Of a stretch of 64,000 bases of DNA, positions 48,798 through 59,046 are shown piece after piece (positions within the stretch are counted from its first letter, which is position 1; the number at the start of each line of letters is the position of its first letter). Position numbers and translations under genes: made by a program. Location: positions 43,986 to 107,985 of IMG/VR virus record IMGVR_UViG_3300045391_004889. One strand, written 5' to 3'. Origin of the DNA: a virus. A model generated the notes under the pieces. The model was given only the letters and a program-made list of their open reading frames with translations. It searched no databases and was not told the origin of the DNA.

Positions 48798-49007
48798 ATG
48801 ACACCGCGTCGTCCCAGGCACAACGAGGACCAGGTAGAGCGTGTACTCAACGAGGCCGAGGGCCACGGGTGGGACATCACCTACAAGAACGCCAAGTTCA
48901 CGTGCCGCTGCGCCTGTGGGGGACACGCGCACACGGTACGGCAGGGCAGCCACTCCTTCCGCACCGCGAAGAACCTGCGGTCGCAGCTCATGAAGTGCTG
49001 GCACTAA
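48798..49007 (+). CDS. HicA-like protein
   Basis: V..VL.EAE.HGW.I...CACG.H..TV.....R.AKNLRSQL. Confidence 0.5.
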   Translation: MTPRRPRHNEDQVERVLNEAEGHGWDITYKNAKFTCRCACGGHAHTVRQGSHSFRTAKNLRSQLMKCWH

Positions 49008-49072
49008 CTTGTGGACATCCTGGGGCAGACCTGGTAGGGTCTGCCCCAGGAAGCGTTCAGGAAGGAACGAGG

Positions 49073-49267
49073 ATGGCGAAGCACAAGCGTCGTCGCAACG
49101 ACAAGGAAGTGAAGTCGGTGGTGGCAGCCAAGGGGTGGCTCGTGCACTGGTTCGACACGGAGAAGAACGAACCCGTGATCGAGCAGTACCGCAGCGCACT
49201 GGACGCGCAGCTGCGCGTTCAGGAACTGGGTGTCATCGGCATCAGCGCACGAGTGGCGCAGAAGTGA
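49073..49267 (+). CDS. hypothetical protein
   Basis: Promoter, RBS. Confidence 0.55.
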   Translation: MAKHKRRRNDKEVKSVVAAKGWLVHWFDTEKNEPVIEQYRSALDAQLRVQELGVIGISARVAQK

Positions 49268-49452
49268 CCACCCGGGTGTACGCGACCCTCGAGATCGAGG
49301 GTGGGCGGGTGGTGCTCCGCGACGAGACCGGCGCGGAGCTGGCGGTGGTCCACGAGCGCGGTCGCACGCCGGCTGAGGCCTTCGCCTCAGACCTCGTGAC
49401 CGACCTCGTGCACAATATGCGAAGCATGGAGACGGATCCGAATGACGAGTAG
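49264..49452 (+). CDS. hypothetical protein
   Basis: GTGA coupling. Confidence 0.55.
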   Translation: MTTRVYATLEIEGGRVVLRDETGAELAVVHERGRTPAEAFASDLVTDLVHNMRSMETDPNDE

Positions 49453-49678
49453 GGACGCGGAGTTCATCAACCTGACGGACACGCCGGCCCACCCCTCCCA
49501 GGAGGAGATGGACGCGGCGATGGAGAAGGTGTCCGTGATGCTGGAGACGGAGTGGTCCGTCCGGCGTCTCGGCGCGCAGTACACCTTCCGCTCCGAGGCC
49601 GGCGGCTACCACAAGTCCCGTCGCCGGGACTTCCGAGTGGCGGTGGCTGACGCGACCGGGCTCACGGTGGTGAAGTGA
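49442..49678 (+). CDS. hypothetical protein
   Basis: Operon packing. Confidence 0.55.
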   Translation: MTSRDAEFINLTDTPAHPSQEEMDAAMEKVSVMLETEWSVRRLGAQYTFRSEAGGYHKSRRRDFRVAVADATGLTVVK

Positions 49679-49884
49679 TGGCCAACGAGGGACAGCGCGC
49701 GTGGAACGAACGCGGGCCGGGGTGGCGGGTCCACAACCACGTCAAGGGAAAGCTGACCCCCAAGCAGCGTGACGAAATCGTCGCACGCTACAGGGAGGGT
49801 GGCGAGGGCAACACCGCGGAGGAGCTCGCGGTGGAGTTCGGCGTCAGCGCAGCCACGGTTCGCGGGATGGGGACCAGGCGATGA
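49675..49884 (+). CDS. HTH DNA-binding protein
   Basis: KLT..Q..EI..RY..AEELAVEFGVSAATV. Confidence 0.7.
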   Translation: MMANEGQRAWNERGPGWRVHNHVKGKLTPKQRDEIVARYREGGEGNTAEELAVEFGVSAATVRGMGTRR

Positions 49885-50087
49885 GGTGTCCCTACTTCCT
49901 GTGCAACCGTCCGGCGAGGGAGACCACCGACGGGAGGCAGGACTTCGTGGCCACGCACCTCTACGAGGGCTACACCACGTGTCCCGGCAGCCTGTACGTC
50001 ACCAAGCCGGCCAACCGAGACCGCGAGGAGCGGCTGATGGCTGAACGTGCGGTGGCCAGCAAGTTGCCGCGTGGCCTGAACGGCTGA
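49881..50087 (+). CDS. small zinc-binding protein
   Basis: CPYFLC..H..CPGS; ATGA coupling. Confidence 0.55.
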   Translation: MRCPYFLCNRPARETTDGRQDFVATHLYEGYTTCPGSLYVTKPANRDREERLMAERAVASKLPRGLNG

Positions 50088-50168
50088 GACAAACGGGACG
50101 TCGGGTGTGTACACCTGGCGTCCCGTTTGGTATGCTGTACCCAGGAAGCGAGCAGGAAGGAGCGAGAG

Positions 50169-50315
50169 ATGCAGCGGTTCAAGAAGCGGATGCTGCGGAA
50201 CGAGTACCGCAAGGACCACCGCCGCGGCAGCGACCGCCGGGAGGTCGGCCGCACCCCGAACTGGGTCATCCAGGAGCTGCGGGAGCGCCGTCGCCGGAAC
50301 GAGGAGAACGAGTGA
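50169..50315 (+). CDS. small basic protein
   Basis: Behind a hairpin promoter, AAGGAG RBS. Confidence 0.5.
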   Translation: MQRFKKRMLRNEYRKDHRRGSDRREVGRTPNWVIQELRERRRRNEENE

Positions 50316-50569
50316 GCAAGCACGACGCGTTCTACAAGGCGCGAAGGCTGAAGCGACGGCACCACAAGCGCGGTCACACGCCGTGGTGCAGCTGCCCGGA
50401 GATGATCACCACCCTGCTTCTGCTGCTCCGTCGGCGGTTCAGCGAGCCGCAGGAGACGTGGGCGCGTAAGGTGGTCAAGCAGCTCCCGACGTCGCGTGGT
50501 CCCCAGCCTGACCTGGAGGTCCGTGACGAGCTTCAAGCGTACGTTCCTCGGCAGCGACAGGGGGACTGA
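50312..50569 (+). CDS. basic hypothetical protein
   Basis: GTGA and TGATG coupling. Confidence 0.5.
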   Translation: MSKHDAFYKARRLKRRHHKRGHTPWCSCPEMITTLLLLLRRRFSEPQETWARKVVKQLPTSRGPQPDLEVRDELQAYVPRQRQGD

Positions 50570-51960
50570 TGCTGCGGATGCGGGACCTCAGCCCGGACCA
50601 GGTGGTGGCGCTTGACCGCATCGCCGCCTGGTTCCAGGGCGTGGAGGGCAACGTCAGGCACTGTGACGACGAGCAGTGCGCGCCGTACGAGCACACCCAC
50701 GGCCAGGGAACCGACGCCCCGGTGTTCAGCATGGGTGGCGTCGCCGGGACCGGCAAGACCACCGTCATGCGGTGGCTGGAGGCCGCCCTGGCGTGCCGGG
50801 TGACGTACGGCGTGCCCACCCACAAGGCGGCCAGGGTGCTGCGCGGGAAGCTCGACGCCGGCGCTCAGGAGCGTGTCAACACCTTCCACTCCCTGGCGTA
50901 CTACCCGAACGTGCGGTACGTCTGCACCCGGACGCGGCAGCCGGTGAGGCTCGCGGTGCAGCCAGGTGGCTGTGGTCACCCGACCGACAGCGACTGCGAC
51001 TGCCCGATGCGGTTCGACCCGTGCAACGCGGGTGCCGCTCACGACTGCGTCGTGGACGAGCAGCTGCGGTGGGAAGATCGGCCGTACCTCACCGGGGCGT
51101 GTGACCTGCTGGTCCTCGACGAGTCCTCGATGGTGTCTGAGGAGGACGTGGAGAGGCTCAGGGTGTTCGGGGTGCCGCTCCTTCTGGTGGGCGACCACGG
51201 GCAGCTCCCACCCGTCAAGGCGAAGATGAACGCGTGGACGATGAACCCACACGTGTCGCTGACGGAGAACCACCGTCAGAAGAACGACACGTCGGGGATC
51301 GTGGACGTGGCGCTCGCCTTCCGGGACGGGAAGAAGCCGCCGGTGGGCTCGTACGGGGACGGGCGAACGGTCGTGGTGCCCAGGACCGGGGCAGGCGTCG
51401 GCGAGCTCCTCAGGCCGGAGAGGTACCAGGGTGAGGGTGCCCAGCGACCCGCGATCGTGTGCCCCTGGAACAAACTCCGCGCGAACATCAACAAGAACTT
51501 CCACGGCCACGGGCCGGTGCGGGCGGGTGACCAGGTGGTGGCGCTGTCCCGGTGCCTGGCACCCCTGGTACGGAACCCGCTCGGACTCAACGCGACGATG
51601 AGCTCGCTCGACCTGGGGGACACCGTCCCGGTGTTCAACGGGCAGACTGGCACCGTCACGGCGGTGCTGGCCACGCGGGCGAAGACGTGTGACCTCGTGG
51701 TGAACCTCGAGGGGGTGGGGCAGGTGCTGGTGACGAACGTGGCCAACGACCAGTTCGGCCGTCCCGCCCAGCTGGCGCTCAACGAGCGGCCGGTGGGCGC
51801 GCGGCTGTGGGACTACGCCTACGCGATCACCGCTCACAAGGCGCAGGGCTCGGAGTGGGACAACGTGCTGGTGCTGGAGGAGAACCCCCAGGACTACGCC
51901 CGGTGGATGTACACCGCGGTGACGCGGGCCAAGGACAAGCTCGTGGTGGTGAGGTACTGA
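50569..51960 (+). CDS. RecD/Dda-like SF1B helicase
   Basis: GVAGTGKT, PTHKAA, DESSMV, GDHGQLPPV, YAITAHKAQGSE, YTAVTRAK. Confidence 0.9.
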   Translation: MLRMRDLSPDQVVALDRIAAWFQGVEGNVRHCDDEQCAPYEHTHGQGTDAPVFSMGGVAGTGKTTVMRWLEAALACRVTYGVPTHKAARVLRGKLDAGAQERVNTFHSLAYYPNVRYVCTRTRQPVRLAVQPGGCGHPTDSDCDCPMRFDPCNAGAAHDCVVDEQLRWEDRPYLTGACDLLVLDESSMVSEEDVERLRVFGVPLLLVGDHGQLPPVKAKMNAWTMNPHVSLTENHRQKNDTSGIVDVALAFRDGKKPPVGSYGDGRTVVVPRTGAGVGELLRPERYQGEGAQRPAIVCPWNKLRANINKNFHGHGPVRAGDQVVALSRCLAPLVRNPLGLNATMSSLDLGDTVPVFNGQTGTVTAVLATRAKTCDLVVNLEGVGQVLVTNVANDQFGRPAQLALNERPVGARLWDYAYAITAHKAQGSEWDNVLVLEENPQDYARWMYTAVTRAKDKLVVVRY

Positions 51961-51961
51961 C

Positions 51962-52141
51962 GTGGCACCTGAGAAGAGCTACGGCAAGCGGTGCGGCTGC
52001 GGCCACACCGTCAGCGACGACTGGCTCTGCGTCAACGGTGGCCTGTACGGCCCGTGTGAGAGTGAGTTCTGCGGCGGCGCCTGCGTGTGGGTGGGCACGT
52101 GCCGGGAGAACGAGAGCTGTCTGTGTGGGGAGGACGACTGA
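51962..52141 (+). CDS. 59-aa Cys-rich protein, absent from the ORF track
   Basis: GAGG RBS, GTG; 9 Cys; TGATG coupling to the next gene. Confidence 0.5.
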   Translation: MAPEKSYGKRCGCGHTVSDDWLCVNGGLYGPCESEFCGGACVWVGTCRENESCLCGEDD

Positions 52142-52470
52142 TGGACGACGTGGAGGCGATCCGTGGACTGCTGGCGACGATTGAGGCGGAGCCGACGCTG
52201 CTGCCGGCTCTGCCTGGGGTGCGGCCGCACAACCGCGGGGAGATGCTGTACCGCCGTGTCGCTGACGAGGTGCACCCGTGTCTGAAGTGCGGGGAGCGCG
52301 CCACCGCCGCCTTCCTGGTGAAGCAGAGCCTGGACGGGACGTGGCGCGCCCTGGACGTCTGCTCGGGGTGCGCGGTGCTGGTCGTGGCGGTGATCCACGG
52401 CCTCGAGAACGCGTTCGTGGAGCACCACGAGGGTGACGAGGACGAGGGTGACGACGAAGGTGGCTGGTGA
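52141..52470 (+). CDS. zinc-binding hypothetical protein
   Basis: CLKC..CSGC. Confidence 0.55.
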   Translation: MDDVEAIRGLLATIEAEPTLLPALPGVRPHNRGEMLYRRVADEVHPCLKCGERATAAFLVKQSLDGTWRALDVCSGCAVLVVAVIHGLENAFVEHHEGDEDEGDDEGGW

Positions 52471-52548
52471 GGGTGTTTACAAACGAGGGGGCGACTGGTA
52501 GGTTGGTACCAGCAAGACCAGGAAGGAACCGGAAGAGAGAAGGACGAG

Positions 52549-53406
52549 ATGGGGCAGTACGAGCACTACGGCCGGAAGTACGTCGTCACCGGGGAGACCC
52601 GGGAGGTGGACGGCAAGCTGCTCTGGCAGATCAAGGCCGCCCGAGACGTCCGAGGGGCGCACTGCATCCGCACCCGTGAGGGAAGCCTCGGCGGCTGGCT
52701 GCAGTACCCGGGCCACGACCACGAGAGCCAGCGCAACCGCGGCTTCGGGGTGAGCCTGGACCAGGAAGACGAGTCGTGGGTGGAGGACCGCGCGACCGTG
52801 ATGGACCGCGCCCGGGTGTTCGGAGACGCGCGCGTCAACGGTCGCGTGATCGTACGAGGCTCCGCGTCGGTCTACGAGCGCGCCTCGGTGGGCGGCAACG
52901 CCACTCTCACCGACAACGTCCAGGTGTCGGGAGACGCCTACCTGTATGGTGACCTGCACCTCAGCGACGCGGTGGAGGTGCGAGACAACGCCTGCGTCGA
53001 GGGAAGCGCCAAGCTGTCCGGCAGCGTCACCCTCCGCGGACACACCATGGTCGCGTACGGCGCGCAGCTCAGCGGCGGCAACTTCCACCACGGCAGCATC
53101 CGTCGGAGGGCGCGCGTCGAGAAGTCGGACCACGTCATCGTCGTGGACGGCCTCTTCCCGGACCCGGTGACGATCTACCGGGCGGACGCCGTGGGCAACC
53201 ACTACGTCACCGCCGGGTGCCAGACCTTCCAGCTGGACTGGGACCTGGCCGAGATCGCGGCGGAGCACTCGTGGGAGCTGCCGCGCTTCTGGCGGAGCTT
53301 CCGCCAGGTGATGCTGAAGGCGGTCAAGGAGTGGGAGCCGGTGGAGCCCACCGAGACGGCGAAGGCCCTCGCGGAGATGGCCGGCGACACCGACGCCGAC
53401 GACTGA
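52549..53406 (+). CDS. left-handed beta-helix (hexapeptide repeat) protein
   Basis: IKAARD..G.LGGW; ARVFGDARV / AEVRDNA-type repeats. Confidence 0.75.
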   Translation: MGQYEHYGRKYVVTGETREVDGKLLWQIKAARDVRGAHCIRTREGSLGGWLQYPGHDHESQRNRGFGVSLDQEDESWVEDRATVMDRARVFGDARVNGRVIVRGSASVYERASVGGNATLTDNVQVSGDAYLYGDLHLSDAVEVRDNACVEGSAKLSGSVTLRGHTMVAYGAQLSGGNFHHGSIRRRARVEKSDHVIVVDGLFPDPVTIYRADAVGNHYVTAGCQTFQLDWDLAEIAAEHSWELPRFWRSFRQVMLKAVKEWEPVEPTETAKALAEMAGDTDADD

Positions 53407-53462
53407 TCAGACTGGTCAGGGATGGACCCCTGATCACTCATAAGATACTATTGAACACACGG

Positions 53463-53498
53463 AGGCACCACCTGAGGTCGTCCTCAGGTGGTGCTTTC
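53463..53498 (+). terminator. intrinsic terminator
   Basis: AGGCACCACCTGAGG-TCGT-CCTCAGGTGGTGCTTT. Confidence 0.7.
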
Positions 53499-53527
53499 GT
53501 TATCTCTTCTCACTGATAAGGGGCTCA

Positions 53528-53860
53528 GTGGACACTGCTCAGATCATTCCCAACGCGATGCCGTGGCTGATGGCAGAACTCGACAACACCCTGCCGGGTG
53601 CCAAGAACGCGGAGAAGAACGCGCTCGACAACTGGAAGCGGTGGCAGGTGCCCATCGTCGCGTGGTTCCTGGTGCCCGGTACGATGCGTGCCATGCCGAT
53701 GATCATCGGTCTGGGGCACGAGAAGGTGCTGGTGCCGGTGAGTGAGTGTCCGGAGTTCGCGCGGATCGTGAACACGCTCGAAGCGGAAGAGCAGAACCAG
53801 CCGGAGTTCACCTTGATCAACATCCGGAACATCTTGCGGGAGATCCGCGACAAGATGTGA
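53528..53860 (+). CDS. hypothetical protein
   Basis: AAGGGG RBS; followed by a hairpin at 53858-53900. Confidence 0.55.
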   Translation: MDTAQIIPNAMPWLMAELDNTLPGAKNAEKNALDNWKRWQVPIVAWFLVPGTMRAMPMIIGLGHEKVLVPVSECPEFARIVNTLEAEEQNQPEFTLINIRNILREIRDKM

Positions 53861-53972
53861 GAACGAGGACGCGGCGTGGGGCCGCGTCCCTCGTTTCTCG
53901 TCACCGCAGCCGATGCGAGACGGTCCTCGGCAAGATATACCCTGTGGCTGTACATCCACGAAAGGACTGTTG

Positions 53973-55007
53973 GTGGCACCCGATATCGGTGATTCTACCG
54001 CATCGCGGGGGGCAGCGACCAGCGCACCCGCACATCGCGACGACGAGTGGTCCTTCATCCCACTCAAGCGAGCCACAGAGAATGCCCCTCGGAAGGCCAG
54101 GGTCTCGCTCCCGGAGCACCTGGTGGGAAGCCCCGAGGAGGAGCGAGAGCACAGCTTGATCTACTGGTCTGGGGTCTCCATGACCTGGTCGGATGCCCAC
54201 GAGTGCCTGGCTCAGGGCCTCGACGTCGGTCTCCTGGCTGGGCAGTCCGGCCTGGTCATCTTGGACTGCGACGTGAAGAGGTACGACGCGGAGACCGGCT
54301 TCGTGACCGTGGGCAACACCGCGCGGCTGGAGGAGCTCAAGCCGGCGGTGACCAAGCGCGGGGTGGATGACCTCCGGCGCGAGGTGGAACGGCTGGGCCA
54401 CACGATGAAGGAGCTCACCACCTTCACCGTGCAGACGAAGTCGGGTGGCTTCCACCTGATGTACCGGCAGAACCCGCGCTTCCCCCTGGAGACCAAGCAT
54501 CACCGGGACGAGTGGCGGGTGGATGTCATCGCCGGGCAGAACAACTGGGTGGCGACCGCGCCCACCGAGGGCTACCGCGTCGTCAAGGACGTGCCGGTGA
54601 TCGAGCTGCCGGACTGGCTGGCGCAGTGGATGCAGCGCCTGGAGGACCACCTCCTCCCCCTGGGCCGTCGCAGGCGACAGAAGATCGACAAGCTCCGCGT
54701 CCAGGTGAAGTATCAGTCCCAGCTTCCCGGACGTGAGAACGAGGGCTACCTCGCGCGGTGGGTTGACCTGGAGCTGGAGGCGGTGAGGCTCGGTAACCTG
54801 CACGGTGGCTGGAACGACGCCATCTACCAGGCGACGCTCAACCTCATGGAGGGTGGGTGGGAGTTTGATCACGTGGTTGAGGCCGTCCTGGAGGCGGCAG
54901 CACCGACCGACGACCTGGAGCGCCGCAAGGCGCTCGACACCATGGACTCAGCACGTCGGAAGCACATCCGCAACGTGAGGATGAGCGTGGGAGGGGTGGG
55001 CGCGTGA
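53973..55007 (+). CDS. bifunctional DNA primase/polymerase (prim-pol)
   Basis: [29 protein letters not shown]. Confidence 0.8.
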   Translation: MAPDIGDSTASRGAATSAPAHRDDEWSFIPLKRATENAPRKARVSLPEHLVGSPEEEREHSLIYWSGVSMTWSDAHECLAQGLDVGLLAGQSGLVILDCDVKRYDAETGFVTVGNTARLEELKPAVTKRGVDDLRREVERLGHTMKELTTFTVQTKSGGFHLMYRQNPRFPLETKHHRDEWRVDVIAGQNNWVATAPTEGYRVVKDVPVIELPDWLAQWMQRLEDHLLPLGRRRRQKIDKLRVQVKYQSQLPGRENEGYLARWVDLELEAVRLGNLHGGWNDAIYQATLNLMEGGWEFDHVVEAVLEAAAPTDDLERRKALDTMDSARRKHIRNVRMSVGGVGA

Positions 55008-56761
55008 GTGACATCTTCGACGAGGACGACTCAGAGCTGAGTCTGGATGACCTGCCTGAACCGAGCCTCACGGCCATCAACCTGGCGTCGCGGCCACGGG
55101 GACGGTGGGACGCGCCGACTGAGGCGCAGGCCGCGGTGGGGGAGGGTGGGGGCGGGGACGAGAACGTGGAACCGCGTCACCTGGTCTACGACATGCTCAC
55201 CCCGTACACCTGCGACCAGGCTGGCATGGCGGAGCTCGCGGTGGACCTGTTCGGGGACGTGCTTACGTGGCTGCCGGACACCCAGCGCTTCAAGGTGTAT
55301 CGTACGGAGCTCGGCACGTGGGTGGACGACGGGAAGGCTCACGAGGAGGTGTGGCGCCGCACCCGGGAGCTGTCCAAGCAGGTCAACGACGCGGTGGAGA
55401 CGGCGGTGCAGCAGAGCGACGCCTGGGCAACCATCGTCACCCGAGACGGCAACCGGGACGAGATGGCGGAGGCGCGTCGGCAGGTCGCCTCCATGCGCGC
55501 CTGGTACGGCGTGTTCAAGAACAGCGGCCTGCACGGGGTGGTGAGAGCGGTGTCGCCGATCTGCACGCAGGCGGCGCCGCTCGACTTCAACCGGGACCCA
55601 TACCTGCTGAACTTCCCGAACGGCACGTATGACGTGCGAACGGGGGAGCTGCGGCCGCACCGGCAGGAGGACCGGCTCTCTCACCGCGTCAGCGTCCCGC
55701 TCAACCAGGCGCTGGCGGAGATACCGCTGGAGACGGCGGCGCCGCGCTTCCACGAGCTCATCCACCGTATGTGTGCCGCCCCCGGTGAGGTCACGGAGGA
55801 GAGGCACGCCGAGCGGATGGCCGCTCTCACGCGCTGGCTGGGTTACCAGCTCCACGGCGCGAACCCGGAGAAGAAGATGGGTGTCATCGAGGGTGCCACC
55901 GACATCGGCAAGAACCAGGTCCTGGAGATCGTCGGGCAGGCGATGGGGAACGAGTTGTCGTGGCTCGGTGGACGTCCCACCCTGCTGATCAAGATGCGTG
56001 GGGACCGTCACGACGCCGAGGAGTCCCGGCTCGCCGGGATGCGCATGGTGGTGGTCAACGAGCTGACGGAGGCGCAGCACCTCGACGAGGGCCAGATCCT
56101 CCGCTTCGTGAACCCGGAGGGCACCACCGTCTCCCTGCGCCGCATGAAGCAAGACCTCATGGACGTGCAGGTGACGTGGAAGCTGAACGTCTCCACCAAC
56201 GAGCTGCCGAAGGCGAGGCTCACCCCGCAGATCAGCAACCGCCTCGCGCTGTACAAGGTGAGCTCGGTGCCGGTGCCCAAGGACAAGCAGTGGGACATCA
56301 AGGGCCACATCCTGACGCACGAGCTGGAGGCGGTGACGGCGTTCCTGGTCGCGTGGTGGCGGGAGTGGTACGTCGCGTGGCGAGAGCCACAGTCGGCGAC
56401 GGGGCTCGTCATCACGCGGGAGATGCGGGAGGCGCTCACCGGCTATGAGAACGAGAACCGTGACCTGTACGAGGTGTTCCTCGAGGAGCAGTGCGAGTTC
56501 GACCCTCAGGCCGTTCTCAGTGGGCCTGGGCCGATCTGGGAGGCGTACCAGGCCTGGCACCTGCGGATGCAGCCCGACAGCGACCTGCGGTACGTCAAGG
56601 GCCGCAACAAGTTCTACGCCATGCTGGAGAAGCTCGACGGGGTGGAGATCATCCGGGAGACGGACGCCAAGGGAAAGACCCGAACGCGGGGTCTTCGGGG
56701 GATCCGGATCAGGCGGGAAGACCAAGGCGGGTTCGCCGACATGATGATGCGGGCTCACTGA
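55004..56761 (+). CDS. D5/P4-family SF3 helicase
   Basis: [42 protein letters not shown]. Confidence 0.85.
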   Translation: MSDIFDEDDSELSLDDLPEPSLTAINLASRPRGRWDAPTEAQAAVGEGGGGDENVEPRHLVYDMLTPYTCDQAGMAELAVDLFGDVLTWLPDTQRFKVYRTELGTWVDDGKAHEEVWRRTRELSKQVNDAVETAVQQSDAWATIVTRDGNRDEMAEARRQVASMRAWYGVFKNSGLHGVVRAVSPICTQAAPLDFNRDPYLLNFPNGTYDVRTGELRPHRQEDRLSHRVSVPLNQALAEIPLETAAPRFHELIHRMCAAPGEVTEERHAERMAALTRWLGYQLHGANPEKKMGVIEGATDIGKNQVLEIVGQAMGNELSWLGGRPTLLIKMRGDRHDAEESRLAGMRMVVVNELTEAQHLDEGQILRFVNPEGTTVSLRRMKQDLMDVQVTWKLNVSTNELPKARLTPQISNRLALYKVSSVPVPKDKQWDIKGHILTHELEAVTAFLVAWWREWYVAWREPQSATGLVITREMREALTGYENENRDLYEVFLEEQCEFDPQAVLSGPGPIWEAYQAWHLRMQPDSDLRYVKGRNKFYAMLEKLDGVEIIRETDAKGKTRTRGLRGIRIRREDQGGFADMMMRAH

Positions 56762-56789
56762 GGCCGTATGACGTGGTGAGAGTGTGGTC

Positions 56790-57025
56790 TTAGGGGGGAA
56801 GACCGGGGAGAGCGGAGGGGAAGACCGCGGAGGACCAGACGGAAGACCAGAGAAGTTGATCATGGATCTACCTGGTAGATGCTAGTCTGCTTGGTCTTTT
56901 GGTCTTTTAGGAGTCCTTACTCATTATTCTCTTCTCTCTTCTCTCTTACCTAGGTAGTAGCAGTATGCATATTAGCTGCAGTCGTAGTAGGCACAAAAGA
57001 CCAAGAGGACCAGAAGACCAAGGCA
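56790..57025. repeat. candidate replication origin with AAGACC/GGTCTT iterons
   Basis: ~10 (A/G)GACC units in both orientations around an AT-rich core, directly after the primase-helicase genes. Confidence 0.55.
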
Positions 57026-57035
57026 GGAGGCAGAC

Positions 57036-57287
57036 GTGGCGAGGCGGAAGGGCAGCGTGACCTCAGCGGAGCACCGGGCCAAGATCGCCGAGGCGCAGAG
57101 GGAGCGGCACGCGAGGATGGACAAGGCGGACCGGGAGTGCCCCCTGTGCGGGCAGACGTGCCGTGGGGAGCAGGGTCTGGTGGTGCACCTCGGGATGAGT
57201 CACGAGGGTGAGCTCTTCGAGGAAGATGAGGAGGGTGGGGAGGAAACAGCCCCAGGGCGTGATGAGTGCCTGTCTCACTGGGGCTGA
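57036..57287 (+). CDS. NUMOD3-like motif plus C2H2 zinc-finger protein
   Basis: RKGSVTSAEHRAKIAEA; CPLC..H....H. Confidence 0.6.
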   Translation: MARRKGSVTSAEHRAKIAEAQRERHARMDKADRECPLCGQTCRGEQGLVVHLGMSHEGELFEEDEEGGEETAPGRDECLSHWG

Positions 57288-57438
57288 GGGGGAGGGAAGG
57301 AGTAACTACCTGAGGGGCGTTCAACCTGCCCGAGGCAGCCACGAGTGACCAGTGTTGCACGCGTAGGCCTGAATAAGTTACTGACCAGTAACCTAGCGTC
57401 TTTGCTAGGATGCACTCATGGGAGAGAGGTGCACGTCA

Positions 57439-57864
57439 ATGGTGACGAGAGAGGACGTCGAGCGGGCCGCCTGGGCCGCCTCAGGCTGGTCCGTGGAGCA
57501 GCCGGTCGTCGACGAGCTGATGGCGGCGGTCGACGCGTACGCGACGGCACACTGCGGCGGGGACTTGGCGACGGCGGACCTCGTCGAGGTGCCCGTCGGG
57601 GCGGTGACGGAGCCGGTGCTGCTCGCGCTGGAGGACCTGGAGCCGGTGCCGCCGGTGGTCAAGGAGCCAGCGACTGTGGCGCCGCTGTCCGTGGCCCTGG
57701 ACGCGAAGTCCTGCACCCGGTGTGGCGAGGTGAAGCCGCTGGACGCCTTCGGCCGGGACAAGACGACGAGGTCCGGATACAAGGCGCGGTGCAAGGCGTG
57801 CCTGGCGGCGGTCAAGAAGGAGTGGAAGGCGCGGCAGGCCCAGGCCCCAGGGGATGCCCCGTGA
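57439..57864 (+). CDS. zinc-finger protein
   Basis: CTRCGEVKPLDAF....CKAC. Confidence 0.65.
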   Translation: MVTREDVERAAWAASGWSVEQPVVDELMAAVDAYATAHCGGDLATADLVEVPVGAVTEPVLLALEDLEPVPPVVKEPATVAPLSVALDAKSCTRCGEVKPLDAFGRDKTTRSGYKARCKACLAAVKKEWKARQAQAPGDAP

Positions 57865-57879
57865 TCCTGAAAGTGTGCG

Positions 57880-58284
57880 GTGAACGTGACGGTGAGTGCG
57901 GGAAGTCCGCGCGGAATCACGTTGAGAGTCACGTTTCCCGGTGACGACGTGTCGGTCGGGAGACGAAAAGCGAGGCGACGTCGGTGTCGCCGGGAGACGG
58001 AAAGTGAGGCGACGAGCGTGAGCTCGGAAGTTGGCGTGGAATCACAGGGCGAGCCGGGCTTCACGCTCGGGGAGCTGGCCGCCGAGCTGGGTGTGCCGGC
58101 GCTGGAGCTGGTGGGCGCGATGGTCGAGGCGGGTCTGGTGACGGTGGAGTCGTACGCGGATGCGCTGCGGCCAGCTGACGGCGGCGATGGCGTGCTCCTG
58201 GTGCGGGCGAGCCAGGCGGACGTGGTGGCTTGGGCGCGACGGTGGGTGCAGCCGTGCGTGGCTGCGAGCGAGCCTGGTGAGTGA
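57880..58284 (+). CDS. hypothetical protein, start uncertain
   Basis: Coding-like 3' half (TLGELAAELGV). Confidence 0.4.
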   Translation: MNVTVSAGSPRGITLRVTFPGDDVSVGRRKARRRRCRRETESEATSVSSEVGVESQGEPGFTLGELAAELGVPALELVGAMVEAGLVTVESYADALRPADGGDGVLLVRASQADVVAWARRWVQPCVAASEPGE

Positions 58285-58369
58285 GCGGCGTGTGGTGTGT
58301 GCGTGCACGGCGCGCGCAAAAATTTTTGAGTGACCTCTGCCGGCCAGTGGCTGGCTGAGGGCCGGCCGG

Positions 58370-58462
58370 TGGACATTTGGGACAAACGGGACATCTGGGA
58401 GGCGTGGAGGACAGTGGCGACAAGGGGGACACAAGGGTCATGGGCGGACAAATCGGACATCA
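58370..58462. repeat. cluster of (G)GACA short repeats in non-coding DNA
   Basis: 8 GACA cores within ~90 bp. Confidence 0.5.
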
Positions 58463-58646
58463 GGGGCATAGCGGGTCCAGGTGGGTCGAAGTGGAGGTGG
58501 CTCGGTTTTCGGGCAGGCCAGGTCCTGGCGTTCCCTGTACCTGTCCAGGGTACCAGAGCCGGCGTGATATGTAAACAGCAAAACACGTCGAGTTTGATGT
58601 GGACAAGTACAGGCCGGCGTGGTATGCTGGACACAGCAGGACAGCA

Positions 58647-58686
58647 GGGATAACCGGGCCGGCCCAGCGGGGGCCGGCGGAAACCC
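58647..58686 (+). ncRNA. structured RNA motif, copy 1
   Basis: GGGATAACCG-hairpin-CGGAAACCC; ORF-less unit between two promoters. Confidence 0.5.
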
Positions 58687-58776
58687 AGGTCCCGCGGGTG
58701 TGGACAAGCACGTACGCAGCTGGTAAGGTTGTACCAGACAGCACGGAACAGGAACAGGAACAGGAAGGAAACGAAC

Positions 58777-59046
58777 GTGGACGTCACCCTGGAGCTGGAC
58801 GTGATGGGCGCGGACGAGGGTCCGTGGGAGCGCGAGGGCCTGGAGGACCTGGGCACGGTGATGGTCGAGCTCGTGGAACCGAGCGGGCCGGCGGGCGGCA
58901 ACCCCGTGGCCAGGGTCAGCGGCCCCAAGGCGGCCGTGGTGGTCTGGCTGCTGGTCGAGTACGTGGCGCAGGACGACTCCGCGCTGGACGAGGCGATGGG
59001 CCTGCTGCGGCCGGTGGAGGACGGCGGCGCCCGCGTCGCCGGCTAA
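58777..59046 (+). CDS. early cassette gene, acidic hypothetical
   Basis: Own promoter and leader. Confidence 0.65.
   Translation: MDVTLELDVMGADEGPWEREGLEDLGTVMVELVEPSGPAGGNPVARVSGPKAAVVVWLLVEYVAQDDSALDEAMGLLRPVEDGGARVAG

Noticed and set aside
50880-51060. Intein in the helicase
   Set aside because: The insert is too short and lacks the intein terminal HN-C/S motif.
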